A DNA stretch of 64,000 bases from an uncultured Phycisphaerales bacterium (GCA_963758525.1 CAVWVQ010000003.1:4288001-4352000), one strand, 5' to 3'; positions 10,831 through 20,855 are shown, numbered from the stretch's first letter. The notes: generated by a model not told the origin, from the letters alone. A program made the numbers and translations.

Positions 10831-11317
10831 TTCCCTAAAAGCCAATCAGCGTTGCAAGCAACCGAATCGCGCGCCGAACAGTAAGATCGACCCGCAGCAT
10901 CGCAACGATGGTTTGAGGAAGGCGCAAAAGCAAGGCGGCAAGATCGCTGAGACAATTGATAAGGATAATCAGAAACTCGATGAGCACGACCAAAATGAGG
11001 GGAAAAAGGCAGAGGACGACCAGAACGCAGCGAGAACTTCCGCTGACGAGTGGCAAGACTTGGAGGCGCAGATACAGCGCCTCCGGGACTACCAGAAGTC
11101 GCACCCCCTGCCACCTCCCAGACCAGCCCCAGCTCAGACTCCTAAGCCAAGTTCGTGGTTTGGGAATATTCGCGACTATCTGCATGACCACCTTCACGAA
11201 GATACGCCAGTTCTCAGAGGGGGCCAGCCGACTTTCCCGGGCGAGTGGAGCCCTGGATCTGGCACGGCTTGTCCGGATGCCGTCGGGATTCCTGATTTCA
11301 TCTTTGCACCAGCATAA
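10831..11317 (+). pseudogene. Putative orphan polymorphic-toxin C-terminal fragment
   Basis: Open frame with no start of its own, begins at the element TIR, tightly followed by a small TPR gene; Rhs remnants nearby. Confidence 0.4.
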
Positions 11318-11322
11318 GTTAA

Positions 11323-11913
11323 ATGAGATCCATGGATTTACCGGACATCCTTAAACTCGCCCTTGATGCACGCAAACGGAGAAACGATGCGACGGCATGT
11401 GAATTGTTTTCGATCATGCACCTCGCGAACCCAGAAAATCAGCGCTACCAGTATTTTTACGGGGACAGCCTCCGCTTGCTTGCGCGGCATGCACAGGCCG
11501 AAAAGCAACTTCTTGCGTCCTACCGCCACGAGAATGCGAATCACTTCCTAGTCAGCATCGCGCTCGCACGACTTTGCGAAACCACCGGCCGGCTTTCGGA
11601 AGCTGAAGGATGGCTTCGAGTCGCAACGGAGTGCAAGCCCGACGATACCATTCCGTGGGTCTATCTAGGCAATTTCCTGTATAAGCAGGCCCGATCTCGC
11701 GAAGCAATCGAAGCGCTCAAGCACGGCATCGTAGCCAACGGTCCGCTGGACGAAGTTCACACTTGCATCGCCCTGTGCTATCGAAGTCTTGCGGAATACC
11801 GAGCGGCGAGAGAATCATGCATCGATGCGCTGCGGTATGACCCATCAAACGAGCCGGCTAAGGAACTTCTGGTTGATCTTGATGGGGTCATCGGCGTTAC
11901 TTCGAAGGAGTGA
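11323..11913 (+). CDS. Tetratricopeptide repeat protein (possible immunity protein)
   Basis: TPR-like repeats (PWVYLGNFLY..EAIEALK; AL.YDPSNE.AK). Confidence 0.75.
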   Translation: MRSMDLPDILKLALDARKRRNDATACELFSIMHLANPENQRYQYFYGDSLRLLARHAQAEKQLLASYRHENANHFLVSIALARLCETTGRLSEAEGWLRVATECKPDDTIPWVYLGNFLYKQARSREAIEALKHGIVANGPLDEVHTCIALCYRSLAEYRAARESCIDALRYDPSNEPAKELLVDLDGVIGVTSKE

Positions 11914-11943
11914 ATTCGGATAGGGGGCCGTCGGCCTGCATAA

Positions 11944-12066
11944 AAACGTCTAACGAAAACGTCTGACGGGACGGGTCCAAATACCGAAACGTCTAACGGG
12001 ACGGAAACGTCTAACGGGACGGGTCCAAATACCGAAAAAAGTCTAACGGGAGGGGTCCAAATACCG
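11944..12066 (+). repeat. Nested tandem array of AAACGTCTAACGGGACGGGTCCAAATACCG
   Basis: Five abutting copies sharing a 5' end, truncated at different lengths, no spacers. Confidence 0.9.
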
Positions 12067-12331
12067 AGTGACCGATTGACCCGGATTCGGTACCCAACGG
12101 CGTCGCTGATGCGGGGGAAGGTCTCTTTCGTGAATGGCAGTATGGATGGCCCACCGACCAAACCCGGCGTTTCCGGCCTGAACAAGGTATTGACCGGCGC
12201 GGTCGGCATCACCAAGGCGGCGTTGGTGAAGTAGTGGATAATTGATAGTGGCGAATGGATAGCGAACTGCGGGGCGCGGCTTAATTGGTCCGGATGATGA
12301 CGCGTGCGGAAGGTTCTGCGTGGATAACAGA

Positions 12332-12586
12332 ATGGATGGCCCAACGATCAAAGCCGGCGGCTCCGGCCTGAGGAAGGTGGTGACCGGCGCCGTCGGCATC
12401 ACCAAAGCGGCATTACACGTCGATCGCACCGATGAGGTGTTGATCAGAAAGCGTCGATCTCTCTGTACCGCCTGCCCAAATGCCAACGCTGGCTCGTCGA
12501 AGACCAGCCGATGCGTCGCCTGCTCCTGCTTCATCTGGCCCAAGACCGCCACCGCCTCGGAGAAATGTCCGATTAGTCGATGGTGA
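12332..12586 (+). CDS. Small Cys-rich protein (DUF6171-like)
   Basis: R..LCTACP..CVACSCF..K..CP..W pattern; truncated paralog at 12142..12234. Confidence 0.6.
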   Translation: MDGPTIKAGGSGLRKVVTGAVGITKAALHVDRTDEVLIRKRRSLCTACPNANAGSSKTSRCVACSCFIWPKTATASEKCPISRW

Positions 12587-12622
12587 AGTCCCTGCCGGCA
12601 TCGTGGACCGTTGATGGAGCGC

Positions 12623-12820
12623 AATGACTGGTGAGCAAAGACGACCGAGACCAAACCGGACTGCAATCAGGTCATCGCCTATACCAACGTCAATCAGGAT
12701 GCGCTGCTGCGATCACCGCCGACAACTACGATCCGGGCAATCCGTCCAACGTCGGCAAGGACTGGATCACCGACGATCAGTACGATGTCACGGGCCGCCG
12801 GACCGAGTCGATCGGCGCCT
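12623..12820 (+). pseudogene. Rhs/YD-repeat protein remnant
   Basis: KTTETKPDCNQVIAYTN..ALLR in one frame and ITDDQYDVTGRRTESIG (YDxxGR) in another. Confidence 0.55.
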
Positions 12821-12836
12821 CGGCAATTCTCGCACA

Positions 12837-13634
12837 TCACCGCTTTCCCACGATCGCGGTGTCGTCGATTACCAGGTCCGAACCCGAATCGCTGTAGGTT
12901 GCGCTGATCCGGATTCGATAACGGCCGCTCTTCACATAGGCGTGGGCTCCGCTGACCGCAAAGATCTCCGAGCTTGCGCCCGGCGACACTTCGCCGCCGC
13001 CGCCCACATCGGTGAATGTGCCATCCGTGGTCGTGCCGTCTCCCCAGTCGATGCTCACCTCGGTCGGGGAGGCGTCCTCGGGTCCGACCTGTTCGCTGGT
13101 GAACCTCCCAAGCCGGCGGGTGAAACTGGTCCCGGCAGTGGTCGCGATCGTCAGGCCCTTTCCCCCAAAAGGCGAATCGGAATCCGCCCGGCTCAACGTG
13201 GAGTTCTGCGTCACGGGGATCGCGACCGTCGCTCCGGCCAGACGCTTCGCGTTGCGATACACCTTGATCACGGCTGAGTACGTGCCGGGTCTGGCGAAAG
13301 TCGGAACGTCAACGCTTAGGTTCAGGGCCCCCATATCATCGAAGGAGGGCGAAATCGACTGCGCCGGCTGGCCTGTGAACTTGACGGTCGCGGTGTATTG
13401 ATCGGCCGCCGCCTCGTCGAAGGCGCCGCCGGCAAACTCCGCAAAAATCTGGGCGACGCTTTCGCTTTCCCCGGCGACGATTCCCGCTCCACCGGGATCG
13501 AGCTGCACGGTTCGCGTTATCGCGCCGGCCGCGCCACTGAACAGGCATCGGGACTCCAGCGGTTCGACGACCGAGATAGGCGCGTTGGACACCCTCGACT
13601 GCCGCGTGCTCAAATGGCCGACGATGTGCAGCAT
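12837..13634 (-). CDS. Planctomycete extracellular protein (LEPR-XLL-type N-terminus, PKD/Ig-like domains)
   Basis: VEPLESRCLFS; IDWGDGT..V.G.HAY..SG.Y. Confidence 0.75.
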   Translation of the reverse strand: MLHIVGHLSTRQSRVSNAPISVVEPLESRCLFSGAAGAITRTVQLDPGGAGIVAGESESVAQIFAEFAGGAFDEAAADQYTATVKFTGQPAQSISPSFDDMGALNLSVDVPTFARPGTYSAVIKVYRNAKRLAGATVAIPVTQNSTLSRADSDSPFGGKGLTIATTAGTSFTRRLGRFTSEQVGPEDASPTEVSIDWGDGTTTDGTFTDVGGGGEVSPGASSEIFAVSGAHAYVKSGRYRIRISATYSDSGSDLVIDDTAIVGKR

Positions 13635-14018
13635 CAGAGTCTCCTCGACCGTTACGGAATCACGAAACGGTATGACGCCCATTCGGCTCCTGCAAGCGGG
13701 GCGTTGCGACCATCTATCACCGCCTCCGTCGTTCCAAGCGACTGCGGTTGCGGAGAAGCCGGAGGGAGGCTGGACATAGTCGCCGTTGGAACCGGCTGAG
13801 ATCCGGCCCCTGCGGTCCGCGGTGGAACTTCGGATCGTTTGGGCGAATGCAGCCGTCGTCCTCGAGCGCGTACAAAACGCCGGGCTGTCTTTTTGCACCA
13901 CTCCATTCGCGCATTTCTCGCTCGTCCCATAAAAGCATTTCCGCTGCTAGGCAATTCAGCCTCGTTCGCAAACCCAACGGCCCCATAACGTTGCCGCAAA
14001 ATCCGTCGGTTTCGGCTC

Positions 14019-14047
14019 TAAAGTGAGGGTGTTATCGGGGTCGATGA
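14019..14047 (+). promoter_or_regulatory. Possible sigma28 promoter of flagellin 2
   Basis: TAAA-N17-GTCGATGA resembles TAAA-N15/16-GCCGATAA; spacing is slightly long. Confidence 0.35.
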
Positions 14048-14334
14048 AAAGCACGTCGGAAAAGGCCGCACAGGCCGCAAGGCCGGCGCAGGCCGTACGG
14101 ACTTGTCGGAAAGGAGCGCGCAAATGAACTGAACGGTCGACGTATCGGCGGCACGCGAGAGCGTCTGGCCGCATCGACCTCAGGCCGCTGGTGTGGCGTC
14201 CCCTGGCACTACCAGCATCGTGCCTCAATTCAAGGGAATGAAAGCGTCCGACGGAACGCAGACCGGAAGACGCAAAACCAAACGGAAGCTTCAACCCCCC
14301 AGCATCAAGCTTCCGTAGTCACGGAGAGACAGTC

Positions 14335-15744
14335 ATGAGCACTATAAACACCAATGTTACGTCGCTCATCGCGCAACGCGCGTTGGCGACGAACAACAAA
14401 AATTTGAATACGAGCCTTGAGCGGCTCAGCACCGGTTTGAAGATCAACAGCGGCGCCGATGATCCGGCAGGACTCATCGCGTCGCAATCCCTCGGCGCCG
14501 AGCAGGTTGGTCTCCAGGCTGCCATCAGCAACGCCACCAGCGCGACGAACGTCATCGGAACGGCCGAAGGTGGTTTGAACGAAGTCAGCAACCTGCTGAC
14601 GCAGCTCAACGGCCTGGTCAACTCCTCAGCCAATACCGGCGGTCTGTCATCAGACGAAATCGCCGCCAATCAGCTGCAGGTCGACTCGATTCTGAGCACG
14701 ATCAACCGTCTGGCAGGGTCCACCACATTCAACGGGAATCACCTTCTTGACGGCACGCTGGACTACACCACCAGCAGCGCCGCCGCGTCGGCCTTCTCAT
14801 CCATTGCGGTGAATCAGGCGACTCTTCCGCAGAACAAGACCGAAAGCGTTGTCGTCAACGTCCTCAACAGTGCCACCGTCGGCAATGTTCTCTTCACGGG
14901 CGCAGCCACCGTCAGCGCCACCACGCTGCAGATTGCGGGCGCCCAGGGCACGCAGCAACTGAGCTTCGGCAGCGGCACCACCGTGGCCCAGATCGCCACC
15001 GCGGTCAACGCCTTGTCCTCGACCACCGGCGTCACTGCCTCAGCCACGGCCGGCAAGCTCAACTTCCTCGCGTCCGCCTCCGGGTCAAAGAACTACGTCT
15101 CGGTCCAGTCCCTGTCCGGCACCTTCGCCATCACCGGCGGAACCAGCGGCAAGGCGTTTGGAAAAGACGCGGTTGTGCAGGTCAACGGAGCCCAGGCTCA
15201 GGCCAACGGCACCGCCGTTCACTACAGCAGCAACAACCTGGATCTGAACTTCACGCTCAGCACCGCGCTCAATGGCGGCAAGAGCAAGACGTTTGGAATC
15301 ACCGGCGGCGGGGCGACGTTTGCGCTCGGCGCAACGGTTTCCGACAGCACCAACGCGAGCATCGGCATCAAGTCGGTGTCCACCGGAAGCCTCGGCGACG
15401 GCACCACCGGGTTCCTCAACACCCTGGGCTCGGGCGGCACGAACTCCCTGAGTGCCACCAGTCTGGTCAACGCGCAGAAGATCGTGACCAACGCGATCAG
15501 TCAGGTCGCTTCGCTTCGCGGTCGGCTCGGCGCGTTCCAGGACTTCACGATCGGTTCGACGATCAACAGCCTCAACGTCGCGTATGAAAACGCGTCGTCG
15601 GCCAAGAGCGCCATTACCGATACCGACTTCGCCGCGGAAACCGCCAATCTGACCCGCAATCAGATTCTTTCTCAGGCAGCCACCAGCGTGCTGTCACAGG
15701 CCAACGCGGCCCCTCAATTGGCCCTCAAGCTTCTCGGAGCATAA
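14335..15744 (+). CDS. fliC: Flagellin 2
   Basis: MSTINTNVTSL..RLSTGLKINSGADDPAG; C-terminal ITDTDFAAETANLTRNQIL. Confidence 0.97.
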   Translation: MSTINTNVTSLIAQRALATNNKNLNTSLERLSTGLKINSGADDPAGLIASQSLGAEQVGLQAAISNATSATNVIGTAEGGLNEVSNLLTQLNGLVNSSANTGGLSSDEIAANQLQVDSILSTINRLAGSTTFNGNHLLDGTLDYTTSSAAASAFSSIAVNQATLPQNKTESVVVNVLNSATVGNVLFTGAATVSATTLQIAGAQGTQQLSFGSGTTVAQIATAVNALSSTTGVTASATAGKLNFLASASGSKNYVSVQSLSGTFAITGGTSGKAFGKDAVVQVNGAQAQANGTAVHYSSNNLDLNFTLSTALNGGKSKTFGITGGGATFALGATVSDSTNASIGIKSVSTGSLGDGTTGFLNTLGSGGTNSLSATSLVNAQKIVTNAISQVASLRGRLGAFQDFTIGSTINSLNVAYENASSAKSAITDTDFAAETANLTRNQILSQAATSVLSQANAAPQLALKLLGA

Positions 15745-15812
15745 GAGGGCCCTACCCGAGACTCGTGAGGGATTGAGCTGACCCCCGAGTTTCACTTTTC
15801 CGACAAGTCCAA

Positions 15813-15849
15813 CCACCCCCGGTCCTGCGACCGGGGGTGGATTTTTTTT
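15813..15849 (+). terminator. Intrinsic terminator of flagellin 2
   Basis: CCACCCCCGGTC-CTGC-GACCGGGGGTGG followed by A and T8. Confidence 0.9.
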
Positions 15850-15906
15850 GGCGCGACGGGTTGTCGCCAATCAGTCCAAATACTTTGGAAGCCCGCGGGG
15901 CGCCCC

Positions 15907-15962
15907 GTAGCACAGCCGTCTCGGCTGTGACGCCAAAGCCACAGCCGAGACGGCTGTGCTAC
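15907..15962. repeat. GTAG-type REP doublet (REPIN-like)
   Basis: GTAGCACAGCCGTCTCGGCTGTG and its exact inverse. Confidence 0.85.
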
Positions 15963-15990
15963 ATTCCGCCTCTCAAACGCGTGAAGAGTT

Positions 15991-16254
15991 TTACCTTCCG
16001 CCTGCCCCGGCCGCGCCGCTGCTGCCGCCGCCGACGGCACCGTTGCCGGTTCCAGCGGTTCCGGTTCCTCCGGAACCAATGTCGGGGGCCCGCGTCGGGT
16101 TGTCTGTCCTCTGGTCCGAGTAGCCGCTCGGGGTAGCTCCGGTACCCGTCGGGTTTCCATTGCCGCTGCCTCCGTTGGCACAGCCGGCCAATGCGATAAC
16201 TCCTGCTAGGGACCCGACTACGCAAAATGATCTGATCAGAATTGAGCTGCGCAT
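15991..16254 (-). CDS. Small Gly/Thr-rich lipoprotein
   Basis: Signal peptide ending in lipobox LAGC. Confidence 0.65.
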   Translation of the reverse strand: MRSSILIRSFCVVGSLAGVIALAGCANGGSGNGNPTGTGATPSGYSDQRTDNPTRAPDIGSGGTGTAGTGNGAVGGGSSGAAGAGGR

Positions 16255-16401
16255 GGTTTCTCCAAAGTTCTTGGCTGCTTTGATCCACTGGGGAACTGCC
16301 CAACGCATGCTCATGTTCAGCAAACCGAAAGCCTGACGGCGAACGCCGCTCCGATCGCCGGGCGGACCGCCCGCGGATTATCCTAACATATACCGTACAA
16401 A

Positions 16402-16641
16402 ATGCGGCAGCTTCAGGGTAAGGTGCGCTGCATGGATACGGCAGGCCTGACCTCCGAACAGCGCGATCGTTTGAAGCGAACGATTATTCTGCAACGCGAC
16501 GCGTTGTGGAGGATCCACAAACGTATGGAGGCAGTCGGCTGGTTTACAGACGATCCGCTCTATCAGGCCGTCCTTGCCGCATATCACGCGCTGCACGCGA
16601 CTGTCAACGTCATCACCGCCGCGTCCAAACGCCCGCGTTAG
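16402..16641 (+). CDS. Hypothetical protein
   Basis: 79-aa ORF with protein-like composition. Confidence 0.5.
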   Translation: MRQLQGKVRCMDTAGLTSEQRDRLKRTIILQRDALWRIHKRMEAVGWFTDDPLYQAVLAAYHALHATVNVITAASKRPR

Positions 16642-16764
16642 AGAAATCCGGTTTGGCTGTTCTGCGAATCCGCTTTGTCCAGGGGGGCGGCATCCTTCCC
16701 CGGGCTCCTTCTTACTAAACGACCGCGCGCGATCCCGCCGGGTCCGCGGGTCCCTAGAAAGCAG

Positions 16765-16860
16765 AACACGAATTGACACGAATGTCGCACGAATCCTCAC
16801 GAAGCAGGCTTCCCGCGTTTATTCGTGATATTCGTGCTTCATTCGTGCTGATTCGTATTC
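16765..16860. repeat. CACGAA / TTCGTG periodic palindromic repeat
   Basis: Four CACGAA units followed by four inverted TTCGT units at 9-11 bp period. Confidence 0.8.
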
Positions 16861-16927
16861 CCTCTTCCTGGGTTCGCGCGGCACTTGGCAGATGGACAGC
16901 GCGTGTTCGCGGACGGGCATTTAGAAA

Positions 16928-16949
16928 AAAAAAGCCGCTCTGGGCAAGA
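16928..16949. repeat. att core, left junction
   Basis: AAAAAAGCCGCTCTGGGCAAGA, identical to 27728..27749. Confidence 0.92.
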
Positions 16950-17018
16950 ATTTTATTTTGTGCTTGACACGGTATCGCCAGTTGCGTTTTGGCCAAAACT
17001 GTGGCAAGAACTGACGAC

Positions 17019-17222
17019 TCAATTTTCGTCCCTAATTGCTTTGATTTCCGTTTCGATAGCGGTCAATTCACCTTCGGTCATGCGGTGATTTTTCCGCTCT
17101 GCCAATTTCGGCACTCCCCTGTAGACACCGAGATAAAATTGTTCTTCGGTGAATGCTCCGATTTTCTTTTCGATGATCCCCTTCGCTTCCCCCAGCGTAA
17201 ATCTGTTTCTCGCCTTTTTCAT
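17019..17222 (-). CDS. Small basic protein (candidate excisionase / DNA-binding protein)
   Basis: 67-aa MKKARNRFTLGEAK.. next to the att site; function inferred from size and position only. Confidence 0.45.
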   Translation of the reverse strand: MKKARNRFTLGEAKGIIEKKIGAFTEEQFYLGVYRGVPKLAERKNHRMTEGELTAIETEIKAIRDEN

Positions 17223-17799
17223 CTTGTTCCCTTTCCGTCGGCCTGCATGGCGGCGATGGTCATTTCTTCGTCGGCGGCGTTCAGTGTTGCGGCAAACTCT
17301 GCCATTCGCTGGTCTTCGGCCATACTGGTGAGCGTCGCTGCCAGTTGCGCGTTCCGCACGATCCACGCGGAGAAAACCCGTAGTGCATCGAACTGGTTCC
17401 TACCTCAAATACTTTCGCCGAATAATCTGTAGCGGCGTCATCGTCCCGACACATCGATTGCGGCCAATTATCTGGGGGATCGGCAAAAAAGGAAATCCAC
17501 ATCTTCGCGCGCGGTTAAAAATCGTAATTGCCGAAAATATTCAGGGTTACGGCGGTTCCTCTCCGTGCTAATTCCTGCGGAGTTGCACAGAAGGGCTTGT
17601 TTTGTAGGTTCAAAATAAAATGTTGCGCACAGAAGGCTTGTTTTCTACGTCTGCGGGAATGCTCTTGGGGTGCCCCGCGGAGTGACTGGCCGGGGTGTCT
17701 CGCCTCGGTGCGTCGGCCCCGCCAGCGTTGCGGTTTCCCGGCCCCACACCGCGAAACGATTGGATACTTGGGTCGTTTGTGCGATTGGATACTTCGCGA

Positions 17800-18180
17800 T
17801 CATGCGCCGGTGGCGGGCTCGTCGGGGATTTGCTTTTTTAATCCGTGGCACACGGGGCATTCCAAGTCGTTTCGGCCCGTTGCCCCTCGGTTCCCATAGC
17901 TCTTTGGTGGTGGTGAACCCGTGCCCCCGCAAGCGGGGCAATTTGGCAATGATGGGTCCACAGTTCCAGCGGCAACCACCTTGTCAATTGCGATTTTTGC
18001 TTCCGCAAGGGTCTGCGCCGTGGGAATCTGGATCAGGTATCGCGTCCGTCCACGGGCTGGCCGGATAATTCTGAATACCGTTCTAGGCTGCCCGCTTTCA
18101 CCTGCTTCGGGTGTCTCCCGTACTTGCTGAATGAAGTAGCCGTTGTGCTCAATCTGCTTGCCGATATTCTCTGTTTTCAT
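17800..18180 (-). CDS. Small protein with DnaJ-type zinc finger
   Basis: CPACGGTG and CPVCHG motifs. Confidence 0.6.
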   Translation of the reverse strand: MKTENIGKQIEHNGYFIQQVRETPEAGESGQPRTVFRIIRPARGRTRYLIQIPTAQTLAEAKIAIDKVVAAGTVDPSLPNCPACGGTGSPPPKSYGNRGATGRNDLECPVCHGLKKQIPDEPATGA

Positions 18181-18444
18181 TCTGCAAAGCTTATGCGTCC
18201 GCAAGGCCGATGCCCAGCCCCTAAAAGACTCACCGGGGGCCGGTTTCAGTCCTGAACGGGGCGCAAACGGCACTGTATTTCCGGTCCGGGTTGTCGGCGT
18301 CAATCGATTTGGCTACGCGCTGCTCGCCGTGGGTGGCAGCCGCGCCTGCTCGCTGCTTCAACAGCGTATTCAGCCTTCTTCCGCGAAATTTGACAGTAGA
18401 GTAGCCCACAAGATACTAGACGATCACAACGAAGGGATCGACCC

Positions 18445-19677
18445 ATGAACCGCAATGCATTCGCTGGGATCGTGGCACTTCTGCTTGTTCTGGCTTGGCC
18501 AAACCTACAGCCCACCTACGCCGGAGACGACGACAAACAGATCGTTGACTCGTTTAAGGCGTTCGTTCCAAAATTCATTGAGGGCTGGAAAAAGCATAGT
18601 ATTGATGTCTACAAAACTCCCGCTGTAGTCACGCACATTCGATTCGACGTAAAAAAAACGGACAGTGCGGTGAATCCGCTTGTGGGCGTGTTGGAATGGT
18701 GGCAGCCGAGCGCTACCGGGAAGTGCGACGACGAAAACCACGACGACCGGTCTCTAACCATACAAATCAGCGACGGGAAATGGGTGGTCACCGAGGCTAT
18801 TCTCACGATTCATATTTCCGGATTTCCACCGATGCATTTAGACCCGCCCGATGCTGAAACCGACACGATGAAAGAGGTTGCCGCAGACGTGCAGAAAATC
18901 GAGGAACCAGTCTCAGGAGGGGAGACGAAGGTTTCCGAAGACGATGAAGCGGCGTTTCAACGGTATCGTAAGGCGGCAGAGGCTGGGACTGCAGTGGGAA
19001 TGTATAATCTCGCAGGGCTGTACGACCTCGGTAAGTATGTAGGCCGGAATGATGCAGAAGCTGTTAAATGGTATCGCAAGGCATCAGATGCCGGCCTGGC
19101 AGTAGCGATGAACGCCATGGGCCGCATGTACCAGCTCGGCAGGGGTGTTCCTCAGAATGATGCAGAAGCTGTTAAATGGTATCGCAAGGCATCAGATGCC
19201 GGCCTGACAGTCGCGATGAACGCCATGGGCTGCATGTACCAACTCGGCAAGGGTGTTCCCCAAGACCATGGCGAGGCGTTAAAATGGTATCGCAAGGCAG
19301 TGGACGCCGGGGACGCGGACGCAATGGTAAACGTGGGTGTCATGTATGAAGACGGCTATGGCGTCGAAAAGAACGATGCGGAGGCGGTTGCGTGGTATCG
19401 TAAGGGAGCGGAAGCCGGAAGCGTTGGGGGGATGAATATCCTCGGACTGTGGTACCGGAACGGAAGAGTTTTGGCCCACGACGACGGCGAGGCAGTGAAA
19501 TGGTTCCGTAGTGCAGCAGTTGCTGGCAACGCGGACGCAATGAATAACTTGGGCTTCATGTACGCCACAGGCCATGGCGTGGTGCAGGATCAAAATCAGG
19601 CCGAAGTGTGGTTTCGCAAGGCCGCCGCGGCCGGAAACGAAATCGCAAAGGCTAATCTGTTGAAATTGGGGCGTTAG
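18445..19677 (+). CDS. Secreted Sel1-like repeat protein
   Basis: Signal peptide; repeated A.KWYRKA..G...AMN.LG.MY..G.GV. Confidence 0.92.
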   Translation: MNRNAFAGIVALLLVLAWPNLQPTYAGDDDKQIVDSFKAFVPKFIEGWKKHSIDVYKTPAVVTHIRFDVKKTDSAVNPLVGVLEWWQPSATGKCDDENHDDRSLTIQISDGKWVVTEAILTIHISGFPPMHLDPPDAETDTMKEVAADVQKIEEPVSGGETKVSEDDEAAFQRYRKAAEAGTAVGMYNLAGLYDLGKYVGRNDAEAVKWYRKASDAGLAVAMNAMGRMYQLGRGVPQNDAEAVKWYRKASDAGLTVAMNAMGCMYQLGKGVPQDHGEALKWYRKAVDAGDADAMVNVGVMYEDGYGVEKNDAEAVAWYRKGAEAGSVGGMNILGLWYRNGRVLAHDDGEAVKWFRSAAVAGNADAMNNLGFMYATGHGVVQDQNQAEVWFRKAAAAGNEIAKANLLKLGR

Positions 19678-19701
19678 CTGCGAGCATGGTAACGTGGGGG
19701 A

Positions 19702-19914
19702 ATGGAATGCACGATGACGTTCCGCGTTAGCGATCAGGAGAAGCTCGACAAGGTTGTAGGCCGACTCTTGGATCACGCTGTCAATAGTGGCCATATGCCG
19801 GCGGGTGAAGCCAAGGAGATAATGGAAAAGCTGCTGGGTGAAATTGATACTTTGACCGATCCCGAAGTTGCGTTCATTCTTAATGGGGACCAAGGGGAAC
19901 AACCAGTGGTGTAG
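19702..19914 (+). CDS. Hypothetical protein
   Basis: 70-aa acidic ORF with GGGGG SD. Confidence 0.45.
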   Translation: MECTMTFRVSDQEKLDKVVGRLLDHAVNSGHMPAGEAKEIMEKLLGEIDTLTDPEVAFILNGDQGEQPVV

Positions 19915-20035
19915 AACGTCACGGCCAATCCGCCTTCTCACCAGTTCCCGAAATTCTTCATCGGACATGTTCTGCAAGGCGCGAACCGCCCGCTCACGAG
20001 TTTAATTTGTGGCGATTCAGCAGTAGAATGATGCC

Positions 20036-20251
20036 GTGCCGAAAAAGACGATCAAAGTGGGCGATACGGTTATTCATGCTGAGAGTCACTATCGGGGAGT
20101 GGTCACAGCGGTTCATTCAAACGACACGATTAGCATCCGGCGCAGCGCCGGAATAACGACCTGGCGCAAAAGCGACGTTCATGCGATCGCTACCGCCGGT
20201 GTGGTATCCACGAAAAAGAAGAGGAGCCCAAAGAAGACCAAAAGCGGCTAA
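20036..20251 (+). CDS. Small basic KOW/SH3-like protein
   Basis: IKVGDTV..GVVTAV motif and Lys-rich tail. Confidence 0.5.
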   Translation: MPKKTIKVGDTVIHAESHYRGVVTAVHSNDTISIRRSAGITTWRKSDVHAIATAGVVSTKKKRSPKKTKSG

Positions 20252-20650
20252 GGCAGGCGACAGGTGGCGAAAACCTTCTCCCTTTTTGCGTAAAGACGAA
20301 ACGCAATTCCTTCCCGTCGCCCATTGGGCTGGGGCCGAGCTTTTCGACCGGCTCTCGTGTCCCACTGCGGGATCGCGCCAGTGACGGGATGGCGTTGGCA
20401 GCGCCCACGTTCGCTTCCCTCGCCGCGGCTCGGTTTCATCTGCTACGGCATCATCACGCGCGCAGCTACGGCGGCGGATCGTCACGGCATGATGCAAGAG
20501 ATAATCTCCTGGCGGGGCAAATAAATCTGGCGGCCGAATTTGTTCGGCCTGGGGGGCTTACGTCGCGTATGTCGCGTATAATGCTTCTGGTTCTTTTGGC
20601 GTCGGCTCCGCGCGTCGCGTTGTCCTGCCACAGAACGGCAAGGAGGTTTT

Positions 20651-20842
20651 ATGAAGATCATGTTAGTCGGCGGGTCATTTGATGGCGAAATAGATTTGCC
20701 TGACTCAACAACCGTGGCACAGCTTCCCGATGTTCTTGTGTGCCGCTCAACTCTGGACTTTCCACACAACAACATTGAAATGCGGCGGGAAGAATATAAG
20801 TTGCATGATCCCCGCTCCACGCCAGCTATTTACAAGCATTAA
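20651..20842 (+). CDS. Hypothetical protein
   Basis: Strong SD AGGAGG; LVGGSFDG N-terminus. Confidence 0.55.
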   Translation: MKIMLVGGSFDGEIDLPDSTTVAQLPDVLVCRSTLDFPHNNIEMRREEYKLHDPRSTPAIYKH

Positions 20843-20855
20843 GAGAGTCAGCAAC

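Noticed and set aside
11944..12066. CRISPR array
   Set aside because: Repeats abut with no unique spacers, vary in length, and no cas genes are present.
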